Positions 10,925 to 21,349 of a DNA stretch of 39,999 nt are shown here, piece by piece. Source of the stretch: Macrostomum lignano. Lineage: Eukaryota. The stretch covers positions 1 to 39,999 of the forward strand of contig NIVC01004637.1 of NCBI GenBank assembly GCA_002269645.1, read 5' to 3'. Made by a program: the position numbers and the translations under genes. Below the pieces are notes generated by a model. That model saw only the letters and a list, made by a program, of their open reading frames with translations, had not been told where the DNA came from and did no database searches. Each line of letters begins with the position of its first letter. Positions within the stretch are counted from its first letter, which is position 1.

Positions 10925-12556
10925 TCTATGACATCGACAATTAGAGCGCGCCATTGAATTTCTCGTAAAATTGTGATTGAATGCTAATGCAAATAAAGTA
11001 ATTTTAATTCAGCTCATATTTAATTTAAATAACTTAATTTCAAAGCAAACGTTCTTCCTATTTGTCGTGTAATTTGCGGCCGCTTTGAGGCTTTGTCATT
11101 GGAGGATTCATCATGCGGCGGGGATGAGGTGGGGAACAGTTAAGGGGTGTGGGGAACGAATAAAATTAATGAGCTATGTTAGACTGTGTTAGATTTCCCG
11201 CGGGGGATCTAATCAGACCAATAAGTCGACATCACAGACCAATGAGTGTTCTGTAAATCTAAAAGATTGCTTGCTTCTTCCCGTGGCCCCAAGTGTTACT
11301 TGCATACATTCGTATTGGTGCAGTGAAGTAAAGGTCTTACAAAGCTGTTTGCTCATAGAGTAGTGTCCTATGCCCTACTTATAGTAGGCACAAGACAACA
11401 CGTTTAAACTTCGGAAGACTAATAATGCATTATAATGTACAACAAAATTCCAAGTCTGATTTTTACACGATGAAGAAGTCGATATTTCAACACCCTTGAT
11501 TAAACCAGGACTCAAATTTCCCTATTTGCATCCCAGCTGCATAGCAACATATTTTCCCTTGGATACCATTGTTTCTATCACCTCAGCTGTTCCCATTAAG
11601 GATTATGATGTCCCAGATTGCACATTAAAGCGAACTGACTACATTTTAAGCAAAGAAACGTATTCGTTATGCCATAATCGGCAAAATGCAATCAATAGAT
11701 TTATCCATGACAAAGATCAATATCCTTAGTCAAGCATTTGATTAACGAGTTCAAAATTTTAACAGCAGACAAGACGTTAAATTTCTATGCAACACTTTAA
11801 AATTTGCACTTTAAACAGCCAGTGCAGAAATAGTCGTATACAAGAAAAAATAATTTGTTACTATGCGGTTGGACTGCTAGGGTAACAAATTCACAAGGAG
11901 TCTGTTCGCCTGCAAGCCAAAATTAAATAAGGTTGGGGACTTTAGAGGTTTAATTTGGCCTAGACCGTTGTATTAAGAAGATACCTATTAGTAGGTAAAA
12001 CATCATGAAATGAAATGACATAAAATGACCATTTATCTAAAAAGTACCGATTCCAAAGCTCTATAAGTCTTTGAAGGCGACTCAAGTTACGCTTTTATAA
12101 GCCATATAAAATTTATTTGCCTGAGAAAGGCTAATGCGCAGTTCATACTACTGAGTAGTATTCTGCATACATGTGGGTCGCCAATTAGGCTAACAGTCGA
12201 GTGCTTGGCGACCCGGAGGTTAGCCGACCCATTTTAGTACGCGGGCGCGACCAGGCGCATAACCTCTGATCAAGCGACCCTTTGGCGACCATGTCAAATT
12301 ATTGATATTTCACTTCCTTAACCCCGAACTAACCTCAAACAGCCCGTTTTGAGTCATTTGGAGTACATTAGTAGCAGAAAAAAAATTCGACCCGAAATAC
12401 GACGGACAGCCGTCGCAACTCCGTCGCCGCGACCATTTTTTTTCCCATCGGGCAATTCTTTTAGTTTAGGTTTTAGTTTATTTTAGGTTGCGATTTTCGT
12501 AAAGGAATGATATATAAATCGACGAGTTGCCACCCCCATCCACAACAATCGACAAG

Positions 12557-12832
12557 GAAGCAACGGTAGACGAACTGGAGATCAAGCTCAAGGAAGCCAA
12601 GAATCGCCTGGACGAGTCTAGTCGTCTTCTAGAAGAAGAATCTCGACGATTAAAAGCCACGGAAGCAGAAGCGGACAGAGTGGAAGCGAAGGCTGACGCG
12701 GCGGAGGCCACCCTGGCTGAGCTGACCAGAACCCTGGCCGATGAGCAGGAGCAGGTCAAGGAGTTTGAGCAGCGTTGCTCAAAAGCTTCGGAGGCTGAGG
12801 ATGAGCAGGACACAGCTGCTGCTCAGCTGAAG
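12557..12832 (+). CDS. Tropomyosin-like gene, penultimate exon (92 codons)
   Basis: AG|EATVDELEIKLKEAKNRLDESSRLLEEESRRLKATEAEADRVEAKADAAEATLAEL...QLK|GTGAAG is in register with tropomyosin (LExQLKEA...EEAARKL...ERAE). Both junctions are phase 0. Confidence 0.75.
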
Positions 12833-12899
12833 GTGAAGTTTGAGATTAGATAGGGCCAGTAATTTGGGGAGTTTTTAAAGAGAAAAAAGGATGAGTAAT

Positions 12900-13400
12900 C
12901 CTAGGAAAATTGGAGCCGCAGTTTCTTAGAAAAAGAATTGGAGACAGATTCTTAGAAAAGAGTCAAAGGCAACTTCTCAGAAACGAAGCGGTAGACTCCT
13001 AGAAAGTACTCAGAGGCGGATTCTTAGAAACGTAGCGGGGAGGCAGATTCTTAGAAACAAAACGGCAGATTCTCAGAAAGGAATCGGAGGCGGATTCTTA
13101 GAAAACAACCGCAGAGGAAGATTCTAAAAAATTAGCGGAGAAGCAGATTCTTAGAAACGTATCAGAGAGGCAGATTCTTAGAAACGTATCAGAGAAACGA
13201 ATTCTTAGAAACTAAGAAAGGCAGATTCTTAAAAATGAATCAGGGGGAGGTTTTTAAAATCGGCATTTAAGCTGTTTAGAAACGGAGCGGGGAGGCAGGT
13301 TTCTCAGAAAATTTGGACAGTTTCTTAGAAATACAGATTTGTCTCAGGCCTTCTGTGAAAGCAAGACGGATTCTCAGAAAGTCAGTCAGATTCCTAGAAA
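12900..13400. repeat. Degenerate intronic minisatellite (GCAGATTCTTAGAAA core)
   Basis: Many dispersed copies of GATTCTTAGAAA / TTCTCAGAAA fill the intron 12833-13452. Confidence 0.8.
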
Positions 13401-13452
13401 AGCCAGATTCAAATCAAAGCCAATTTTCCAAATTTCCAAACCTGCCTCTCAG

Positions 13453-13623
13453 ACCCGCTTTGCGGAAGCCCTGGAGCGGGCGGAGGCAGCTGAGACGGAA
13501 TTGGCCAGGCGAGATCGCGAGCTCGAACGCCTGCAAGAGGACTGCCGCAAGCAGGACGCGATGGCAGCTGATATTGAGTCAGAGCTGCAGGCGGGGCTGC
13601 AGGTGCTGGAGGAGATTAAGTGA
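13453..13623 (+). CDS. Tropomyosin-like gene, last exon
   Basis: CTCTCAG|TRFAEALERAEAAETELARRDRELERLQED...ELQAGLQVLEEIK* parallels the tropomyosin C-terminus (AERAE.AER...L..EVD.LED...ELD.T..EL). Confidence 0.75.
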   Translation, partial: TRFAEALERAEAAETELARRDRELERLQEDCRKQDAMAADIESELQAGLQVLEEIK

Positions 13624-13809
13624 GCAGCTAAAAATAGCCATCTCAATTGTTCGAACATGAAAGTCACGTGACCAAACTGCAGACTCCGGACTGATTTCGA
13701 TTTCTAATTGAGACATCTTTAAAAATGCTGAGAGGAAGCACTGACTGACTCCATCAGCCTTGGGGAAATTTATTGATGAATGAAGTTATATGGATACATA
13801 AATACCTTT

Positions 13810-14310
13810 GAACCCAGATGTGTGGCATGTCCACCACCTGAGAACCCAATTAAATAATGTCCCTCAACTGAGAACCCAATTAAATAATGTCCCTCACCTG
13901 AGAACCCAATTCAATAATGTCCCTAACCTGTAAACCCAATTCAATAATGTCCCTCACCTGTGAACCCAATTCAATAATGTCTCTCACCTGTGAACCCAAT
14001 TCAATAATGTCCCTCACCTGGGAACCCAATTCAATAATGTCCCTCACCTGTGAACCCAATTCAATAATGCCCACCACCTGAGAACCCAATTCAATAATGC
14101 CCACCACCTGAGAACCCAATTCAATAATGTCCCTTACCTGAGAACTCAATTCAATAATGTCCACCACCTGAGAACCCAATTCAATAATGCCCACCACCTG
14201 AGAACCCAATTCAATAATGCCCACCACCTGAGAACCCAATTCAATAATGCCCACCACCTGAGAACCCAGTTCAATAATGTCCACCACCTGTAAACCCCAT
14301 GATGTCAATC
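13810..14310. repeat. Minisatellite, 30-bp unit, about 16 copies
   Basis: Tandem TGAGAACCCAATTCAATAATG(T/C)CC(CT/AC)CACC. Confidence 0.95.
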
Positions 14311-14704
14311 ACCTGCGAATCCAAGATGTCCACCATATGTGAACAATGTCCACCACTAGTAAAACAACAAAAATGTCCACAAGGGAACCAGAATGACATG
14401 CACTCTTACATCAAGTACCACCCCTAATAATGGTGCAAGCAGTTAAATTATTAATAATCCATTTGTCAGTCATTGGCGATTCGTACAAGGCAAAACACAG
14501 GTTCATCACTGCAACTAATCAGACAAATCGTTTACTCATGTAATTTCGTACACACGCAACCCTTCCGTGAATGTGCTGTGAATTCCGTATTTTTACTTGG
14601 AACTGTTTTCGACATTAACATAATATAATCAGTGACATTTATAATTAACATATAGTTGAATATTTCCTTATACAATTTGTTCATAAATATTTGCTCAATA
14701 AATC

Positions 14705-14950
14705 ATTTAATACAACCAAGAAATCAATGACATCAAAACTTATCACTAATTGGTTTTTATTTATGTACCTAATAAATAATACTATTAGTAAAATATGCCT
14801 GTAAAAAATAAGCACTATTGTGTGTATATTTAATCCGAAAACAAATAGAAGGGAAAACATGATTTATCAAATAGGATCTTCATTGCACAGATTAGGAAAT
14901 CAGGTATTAGTATTAAAAAACAATTAATAAGATTTACCAAATAATTTTAG
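14705..14950 (+). repeat. Dispersed AT-rich repeat, copy 1 (copy 2 at ~39043-39290)
   Basis: Shared blocks: AGTAAAATATGC(C/T)TGTAAA, ATAAGCAC, TATATTTAATC(C/T)GAAAAC, AAAACATGATTTAT, TTCATTGCACAGATTA. Confidence 0.8.
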
Positions 14951-15206
14951 AATATGACTGAAACGATATTTTAATGTTAATATTTGATACACAGAACTAA
15001 AAAATTTAAGCAACGATCCGTCTAAGAGAAAGCTTCGCTTGCTACTATTCCGAGTGAGTTAGTAGCACAATCGAAAATCTGCGCCTGAATTCTAAAAATA
15101 AATATTATCTTAGCAGCAGGCATCCAACGGACGGTCTGAAATACACGCGTAAAATAGAAACTAACCTTGAAGTAACCGCAAACTGAACGATTGAGACCCA
15201 GGCATT

Positions 15207-15401
15207 GGGCCGTATGCAGAAAGCTCTGTCTAGGGTAGTCCGGTCTTGAAAAGCTAGTCTTAGACTAGGATTTGGTATGCAGAAACACAAAGTTAGACCG
15301 GTCTACTATAGACAGAACTAGGGTAGCTAGACCATAGACTATAGACTGAACTACCCAAGTCCGGACTAGCTAGTCTGGACTAAGCTTTCTGCATACGGCC
15401 C
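15207..15401. mobile_element. PIF/Harbinger-like MITE, 195 bp
   Basis: TIR GGGCCGTATGCAGAAAGCT / AGCTTTCTGCATACGGCCC, with a 3-bp ATT duplication on both sides. Confidence 0.85.
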
Positions 15402-15404
15402 ATT

Positions 15405-15560
15405 GTATCTGAGTCTATTCTCAAATCACCTATTTACCAGAGTCTATTCTCAAATCTCACCTGAGATTGTATCTGAGTCTATTCTCAAATCTTACCTGAG
15501 ATTTATCTAGTCTATTCTCAAATCTCGACTGAGATTAATCTGAGTCTATATCTTAAATCT
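15405..15560. repeat. Short degenerate tandem repeat
   Basis: Repeated TGAGTCTATTCTCAAATCTCACC-like units. Confidence 0.75.
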
Positions 15561-15602
15561 CAACTGAGATTCTAATCCATCAACTACGTACAATAACAAA
15601 AC

Positions 15603-15756
15603 TGTGGTGAGGTGTGGTGTATTATATGCTGAGGTGTTCGTGTGTGGCCAAGCAATCTAAAGTTTCTCTAGGCGGTCGCGTGTATTATAAAGAGTTAAAT
15701 ACTCTATGGTACAAACATAGAGAAATGAAAATGAACAGTCAGTCTGGGGATACCAC
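15603..15756 (-). repeat. 3' LTR of the Gypsy element (left boundary approximate)
   Basis: Homologous to 18750-18874 (GGTGTTCGTG..GGCCAAGCAATCT.AAGTTTCTCT.GGCGGTCGCGTGTATT). The purine tract GGTGGAGGGA (15757-15766, minus strand) directly precedes TGTGGTATCC. Confidence 0.85.
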
Positions 15757-18734
15757 ATCCCTCCACCTTTAGTAAAATCAGTCCATTGTAGGAAAACGAA
15801 TTGGCCTCCTCAGTACAGTCTGGTCGGAGTCCACTTCTGCGCATTGTTCTTGGATCGCTCTGTGGTATTTCGGATGCGTCCCTCTTTTCTCGCTGACTGT
15901 CGCTCATTCCTCCTCCACCAGAAAACGTTACCAGAGCCTCGTCAGATTTTGAGTCTGGGAATATCTTTCTGGCCTTGTTAACGTGGCGCTTCTTGATTGT
16001 GCCACTTTTGTTCTCCAGGATCAGCAGTCCTCCGACTCGCTTCCTTACATAGTATTGCTCTGTACCAAAAAAGCTGTCGTGCTTGTTTCTTGCTTCCCTT
16101 TCAATCACTACTGAGTCACCTGTTTTGATGTCGCAGTCACGAGCGTTCCGATTAGCATAGTTGGACATTTTTCTTTTGTAGTCGGCGCCTTTATCTTTCT
16201 GCTTCACCAAAGGATACATTGTCTGGTCGTTCATTTGAGGAAGTTTTGTCCTGTTGCTCTCATTGGCGCTGTTCTGCAGGCGTGCAAGAAGATTTGCAAC
16301 TCCTGTTCAAAACTTGATCCGTTCAAAATTCTGGACCTTCTGATGACTTTGTTCAATGTTTCATTGAATCTTTCCACCTCCCCATTTGTTGCTGGGTGAC
16401 GCGGAATCCGCGAGTGAATGACGCCTTGACTGTTAAGGTATTCGTCAACGACTTTCGAACAGAAATTTGTTCCGTTGTCTGAGACGATTTCTTTCATTGG
16501 TCCAAATAGTGAAATCACTTTCTTTAGAATTCGCACTACGTCGCTCGATTCAGTGCGCTTCATGATGAACACTAGAGGAAATCTCGAGTGGTAGTCGTTT
16601 GGTTTTTTCACCGGCTGTCTGGACAAAATATCTGCCTCGTTGGTGTCGCCTGGTTCATATTTTATGTTAAAGTTGAATGGTTGCAATCTCATTGCCCAAC
16701 GCTCAACTCTTGGTGGTGGTTTTGAGTTTGATGCAAAACACCCGAGTAGAGGTTTATGATCCGTTATCACCGTGAATTCGGCTGCTCCTTTGAGAAAGTG
16801 AGAAAATTTCTCGCATCACCATTTTATTGCCAATGCTTCTCGCTCGATTTGACTGTATCGAGTCTCCACGTCTGTGAGATTTCTACTGGCATAGCAAACT
16901 GGCTGCAGATTTCCATCTTTCTGCCGCTGAACCAAGATCGCACCAAGACCGACAGGACTAGCATCTACTCGCAGCTGTGTTTCTCGCCCTGTTCCAAAGT
17001 ACGCGAGCGTTTCCGTTGAGCTGATCGCTGCTTTGATGCTGTTGAAAGAAGTTTCTTGTTCTGGGCCCCATTCCCAGGTCTTTCCTTTCTTTGTGAGGTC
17101 ATTCAAAGGCTTCGACAAGGTTGCTAGGTTTGGTACGAATCGAGCAACGAATTGTGCTAGACCAAGGAACGATTCAACTTCACTTGGATTGCAAGGTGGT
17201 TTGAACATTTGAATAGCTTCAGTTCTATTCTCTTGGATGGTTATTCCCTTCTCGGTCAGAATAAATCCCATAAAAGTGGCTTTACTCATTCCAAATTTGC
17301 ATTTTTCCTTTCCAACGGTCATGCCGTTCTCCACGAGCCTTGCTAAGACCTGCTTTGGCCTGTTGCTGTGCTCCTTGACGTCCTGTCCATACACAATTAT
17401 ATCATCCTGAATATTTAGCAGTCCTTGTAAACCAGCCAAAACTTTTGTTATGTAGGCTTGGAGATACTCGTAGAATGACGAGTTGACCCAACCCATCGGC
17501 AATCGTTTGTACCTGTATAGCGGTTGTCCAGGGATTCCTGTTGAGAACTTTGTCAGATGTCTCTAGATTCACTGTCCAGTTCAATTTGATGGAACATTTT
17601 CTTGCCATCAATGTAGCTAAAGCAGCTTGCTTCTCCCATATTTGTGAGCTGATCATCCAGAGATGGGATAGGAAATTGTAGCTTTTCCGTTGCCTCGTTG
17701 AGTTTCTTAAGTCAACGGTCAGTCGTACCTTACTAGTCTTTCCTTTTCTGATTCCTGTGATCAAACTTGCTGAGGATCTGGAGTCAATGAGCACTGTACT
17801 CTCAATACCATTGATCTTCACTTTGGTTCTTGTGCCTGCTGAGTCCTTCGATTCAGTCATAGCGACAGTGTTGATTTCTTCGCCATTCGATTCGTCGTTG
17901 CCACTTTGCTGTTCCGGTTGCTCAAACATCTGGATATTTCTGGTGTTTATTCTGTTCCCTGTCTTTAGATTTAGTCTCCATGCTTGCATTCCATGTCACG
18001 AGCGAAGCAATCCCAAGGACGGTGGCCTGTCCTGTTGCATCTGTAGCAGACTCGATCGCACTTGTTGGTGTTTGGAGTTGATGTCCGCTTGCCAGTCTGT
18101 TTGAACTGTAGATTGCTAGTTGGTCTGTTGTTTATTTTGCTGACTGTGTTGCGCGCCTCATTGGTTGGTTTTTCAATGTCTTTAGCCTGCTTTCTTCAAG
18201 GTGAGGTCAGAGCTTTCCTTTAGCAGCAAAGTCCTTAGCGGCTTTGACGTGCTCTTTAGGACTATCAGATCGCGTAGCAGACGATCCTCGAAGCTGAGCT
18301 TTATTGTGTTCTCTCATTTCCTTCAGGCTTGTACTCGACGTGTAAGTTGCAGTACTTTGCTGCACTTTTTAGACGACTGTAGAAGGTATTAAACGGTTCT
18401 CCCTCTATCTGGCTGACTGACAGCAGCTTGTAAGTCTCATGGACGCTGTTGGTTGCACCTTGGAATAGAGCTGAGCGCTTCCTTCGTTGCTTCGTAGCCT
18501 TGTTCATAGTTTACAGTTTGCAACAACTTTCAGATTTTCGGCCCTGCTAAAAGCAATAATGTGGCTTGCTTCTTTTCGTCAGCTATTCCTTGCACTTCCA
18601 TGAACAGCTCGACTTCCTGCACATAGTCGTTCCACTTATCTGAATGTTGAGCGGATCTTCGTCTGGATCGAAATGCCCAATGCTGTATAACTGTGTATAA
18701 CATTCTCTAGTTGCGAGCGTAGCTTTTCTCTTTT

Positions 18735-18748
18735 CACCGCTGCCACCA
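18735..18748 (-). promoter_or_regulatory. Primer-binding site complementary to the tRNA-Leu 3' end
   Basis: The minus strand reads TGGTGGCAGCGGTG one base after the LTR end. Eukaryotic tRNA-Leu(AAG/TAG) ends in CACCGCTGCCA+CCA. Confidence 0.8.
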
Positions 18749-18749
18749 A

Positions 18750-18874
18750 TGTGGTGTTCGTGTGGCCAAGCAATCTGAAGTTTCTCTTGGCGGTCGCGTG
18801 TATTTTAAAGAATAAAATACTCAATGGTACAAGCATACATAAACTAAACCCCCAGTCAGTCAGGGCATACCACT
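18750..18874 (-). repeat. 5' LTR of the Gypsy element (~125 bp)
   Basis: Direct-repeat homology to 15603-15756; ends in ...CACCACA next to the PBS. Confidence 0.85.
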
Positions 18875-18919
18875 GCACCTTAAAAGCAATAAAATACATA
18901 ATACATAAAATGTAAATAA

Positions 18920-19238
18920 TTAACTAGCAGAAGCCGCAACAGCATCAGCCGTATCCGGTGCTACCCTGTCAGCAGCAGTGCTTGAAGAATCTGCCGCAAT
19001 GGTGTACGGTTTCCAATCCAGTAGGAACAGCTCGTCAGACGGAGGACACGCGACCGAGACTGACATGATGAATTCACGATTGGATTTCTTTGGTTTCTCA
19101 TTCAACAGGCCGGTTACAATGGCTGAGAGGTTCTCGTTCAAGTTGTAGTCGGGCCAGTCCAGCAGACCGAAGGGCACGCGGCACTGGGCTCGGTCTGGCA
19201 GGTCCCCAGCCTGGGTCAGCTTAGCGGGTATGCCATAT
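18920..19238 (-). CDS. MRPL1: Terminal exon of mitochondrial ribosomal protein L1 (uL1m)
   Basis: The acceptor CCCGCACCGCAG| is followed by YGIPAKLTQ...QCRVPFGLLDWPDYNLNENLSAIVTGLLNEKPKKSNREFIMSVSVACPPSDELFLLDWKPY. This follows the uL1m C-terminal pattern (G.L.M...L.EN...RPK..FI..V...PPS.E). Confidence 0.7.
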
Positions 19239-19344
19239 CTGCGGTGCGGGATGAGAAAGTGCTTAAAACTTGCAGATAAATCCTCATATTAAGGATAAAT
19301 GTTCGATGTGGGGAATCGTTATGGGAATTTTGAGAGATTAAATA

Positions 19345-19640
19345 TCCTTTAATCCGATTGGGGATAGGGATTTGGGAAGATGGGGATCTGATAGGGGATG
19401 GATATTTTGGAAGATAGGGATTTGGAGAGATAAGGATTTGGAGAGATGGGGATTTGAGGGACATACTTATCTGATAGGGGATGGGGATTTGGGAACATGG
19501 GGATCTGATAGAGGATGGGGATTTGAAGAAATGAGAATATGACTTGGGTAGGGATTGTGAGAGATGGGATCTGGTAGGAAACGGGGATTTGGGGAGATGG
19601 AGATTGATTTGGGTTGCGATTGGGAGAGATGGGATCCGAT
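19345..19640. repeat. Degenerate G-rich intronic minisatellite
   Basis: Repeated GGGATTTGG(G/A)AGATGGGATCTGATAGGGGAT-like units. Confidence 0.85.
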
Positions 19641-20273
19641 AGGTAACGACGTCAAGTTTGATGACATTTTTCCAAAAAATAGTTTTAAATTTATTTAAAG
19701 TTATACTAATGAAAAATGATTTATAGCTCTGTGTAGGCATAAACTTTGTGTTTAATTTTGTTAATATTAATTCTATAATCTTTAGCATTGTTTGTTGCAT
19801 AGAGATATGCAAGCAAAATCCTGCTTATCAAAGGCTTATCTACATTTCATTCGCACTATCAGGAGTACGAGCTAATAACATCGAGAAAACATAGAGAGGA
19901 AGAGTGTTCTGTGTGCAAAGGTTGATATTCACGAAAAATCAACAGTTCGCAATCAAGCTTACATATTCCATGCATGACGAACGCGGACAAACACAGCGTT
20001 TACGTCTAGCGCATAAAAACTATTGTCAAGTACTGCCAAGTATTCTGCTATCGAGTTCAGATCTCGTGTTATTATTTGCACACGCAAATTGTGCGCGAAA
20101 CCCAAGATCTTAAAATCCAGTATTGATTCAACTGTCTGCTGTTTTGCCAATGCTGGCTTTTTGCCAACTTGGACTGGTTTGTCCATTTATATAAAACAGC
20201 TAGCACTGGCACTGTGCAGCTGGAGTTCTAATATAAACACTGCAAGGTAAAAGCTTGGTGTTTTACAAATTAT

Positions 20274-21211
20274 TATGGAATTCCTTCTAAAAATGCACCT
20301 GCGTCAATTGACAAAGAAGTATCACTACTAAGACTGGCAGCAATCAATGGAAATGTGCTAAAACTTGAACAGCTTCTGCAAAGAGGCGCTGATCCCGACT
20401 CCAAGGATGCAACTGGTCGGTCAGCGATTCACTGGGCTTCCGAACGCGGCCAGGAAGGAGCCGTAAGACTACTCATTAATTGGATGGCGCAGGTCGATTT
20501 GCAAGACAATGACGGACAAAGCCCTCTACACCTGGCCGCTTGGCACGACCATTCAATTATCGTGGAGCTGCTGACGGAAGCTCATGCTGATGTCAATATT
20601 AAGCGAACTTTTGGTGCATCCGCATTGCACATCGCGGCTGGGAAAGGCTTTGAGAAGGTAGTAAAATTGTTGCTTTCATCGAGGGCGGACAGCAACTCAA
20701 AAAGAGTTGATCATGTGACGCCCCTGCTTCTGGCAGCTCAGAAAGGATATACAATCTTGCTACGGGCCATGCTTTCGAAAGCGAATGCTGATCCTAATTT
20801 ATCAGATAATCGAGGAGTGACACCTCTTTGCGCAGCAGCTTACAGCGGCTCTTCAGACTCCATAGCTGAGCTAGTTCTCGCTGGCGCCGACCCGAAAGCA
20901 CTTCTTCACGCGAGAAAGAGTCAGTGTTGCATGCTGCTGCATGCGCCGGCAGAGAAGAAGTCATCCAGCAGTTGCTTAAAGAAGGATGCGATCCAAGTAT
21001 CAAGAATAGAGCTGGATTAACGGCTGCTGTAATGGCGTGCGTATTAGGTCAATGTGAAACTCTGGTTCAACTGATGCGACACAGCTCAACTGTCAATCAG
21101 CTACCGGATTACAGCAGTCTTGATTCTGTGGTGGCATTGCGTCAACTGCTTGATGATCAATCATCAAAGATTGATACTCAGGCTAGCTCGATTACGGATC
21201 CAGCAACAAAG
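20274..21211 (+). CDS. Ankyrin-repeat N-terminal exon of an ANK + Mab-21 gene (frameshifts near 20290 and 20920)
   Basis: Successive ankyrin repeats: GRSAIHWAS, GQSPLHLAA, GASALHIAA, HVTPLLLAA, GVTPLCAAA, MLHAAAC, GLTAAVMAC. Donor AAA|GTAAGT near 21212. Confidence 0.88.
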
Positions 21212-21349
21212 TAAGTATTCTTATGGATATTCGTTGCTTCATTGACTATTTGTGCTAATGTACAATGTAAATACGCTAATTGCAGCAGTGACAGCAACAA
21301 ATATGAAGTTTCGTTGAGCAAGAACCTTCACTCGACTTTAAACTCTGCC

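Larger units (their letters stand above)
1006..12452. mobile_element. Large TIR DNA transposon, CMC/EnSpm(CACTA)-like, apparently non-autonomous
   Basis: Left end is CCGGTGGGAAAAAATGGTCGCCGCGACGG (1006-1034). The reverse complement of the right end (12421-12452) is CCCGATGGGAAAAAAAATGGTCGCGGCGACGG. CA flanks both ends (1004-1005, 12453-12454). Many GCGAC/GTCGC subterminal motifs occur at both ends. Confidence 0.7.
15603..18874 (-). mobile_element. Decayed Ty3/Gypsy LTR retrotransposon (gag-PR-RT-RNaseH-IN), internally deleted and frameshifted
   Basis: Gag WNDYVQEVELF...ATLLLLAG and knuckle CYRCNRTGHRPWDC; protease LIDSRSSASLI; RT YKRLPMG...NIQDDIIVYG; RNase H VDASPVGLGAILVQ...YSQIEREALA...TDHKPL; integrase IVSDNGTNF...TNGEVERFN. 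Domain order is RT-RH-IN. Confidence 0.93.

Noticed and set aside
11496-11729. Possible transposase C-terminus for the CMC element
   Set aside because: No DDE or CMC motif is recognisable; it is a short ORF in AT-rich DNA.
13880-14308. 142-aa IELGSQVVGI repeat protein
   Set aside because: It is a translation of a stop-free 30-bp minisatellite with no splice or domain support.
19216-19812. 198-aa Pro/Ser-rich ORF
   Set aside because: It is mostly the G-rich intronic minisatellite read on the C-rich strand.
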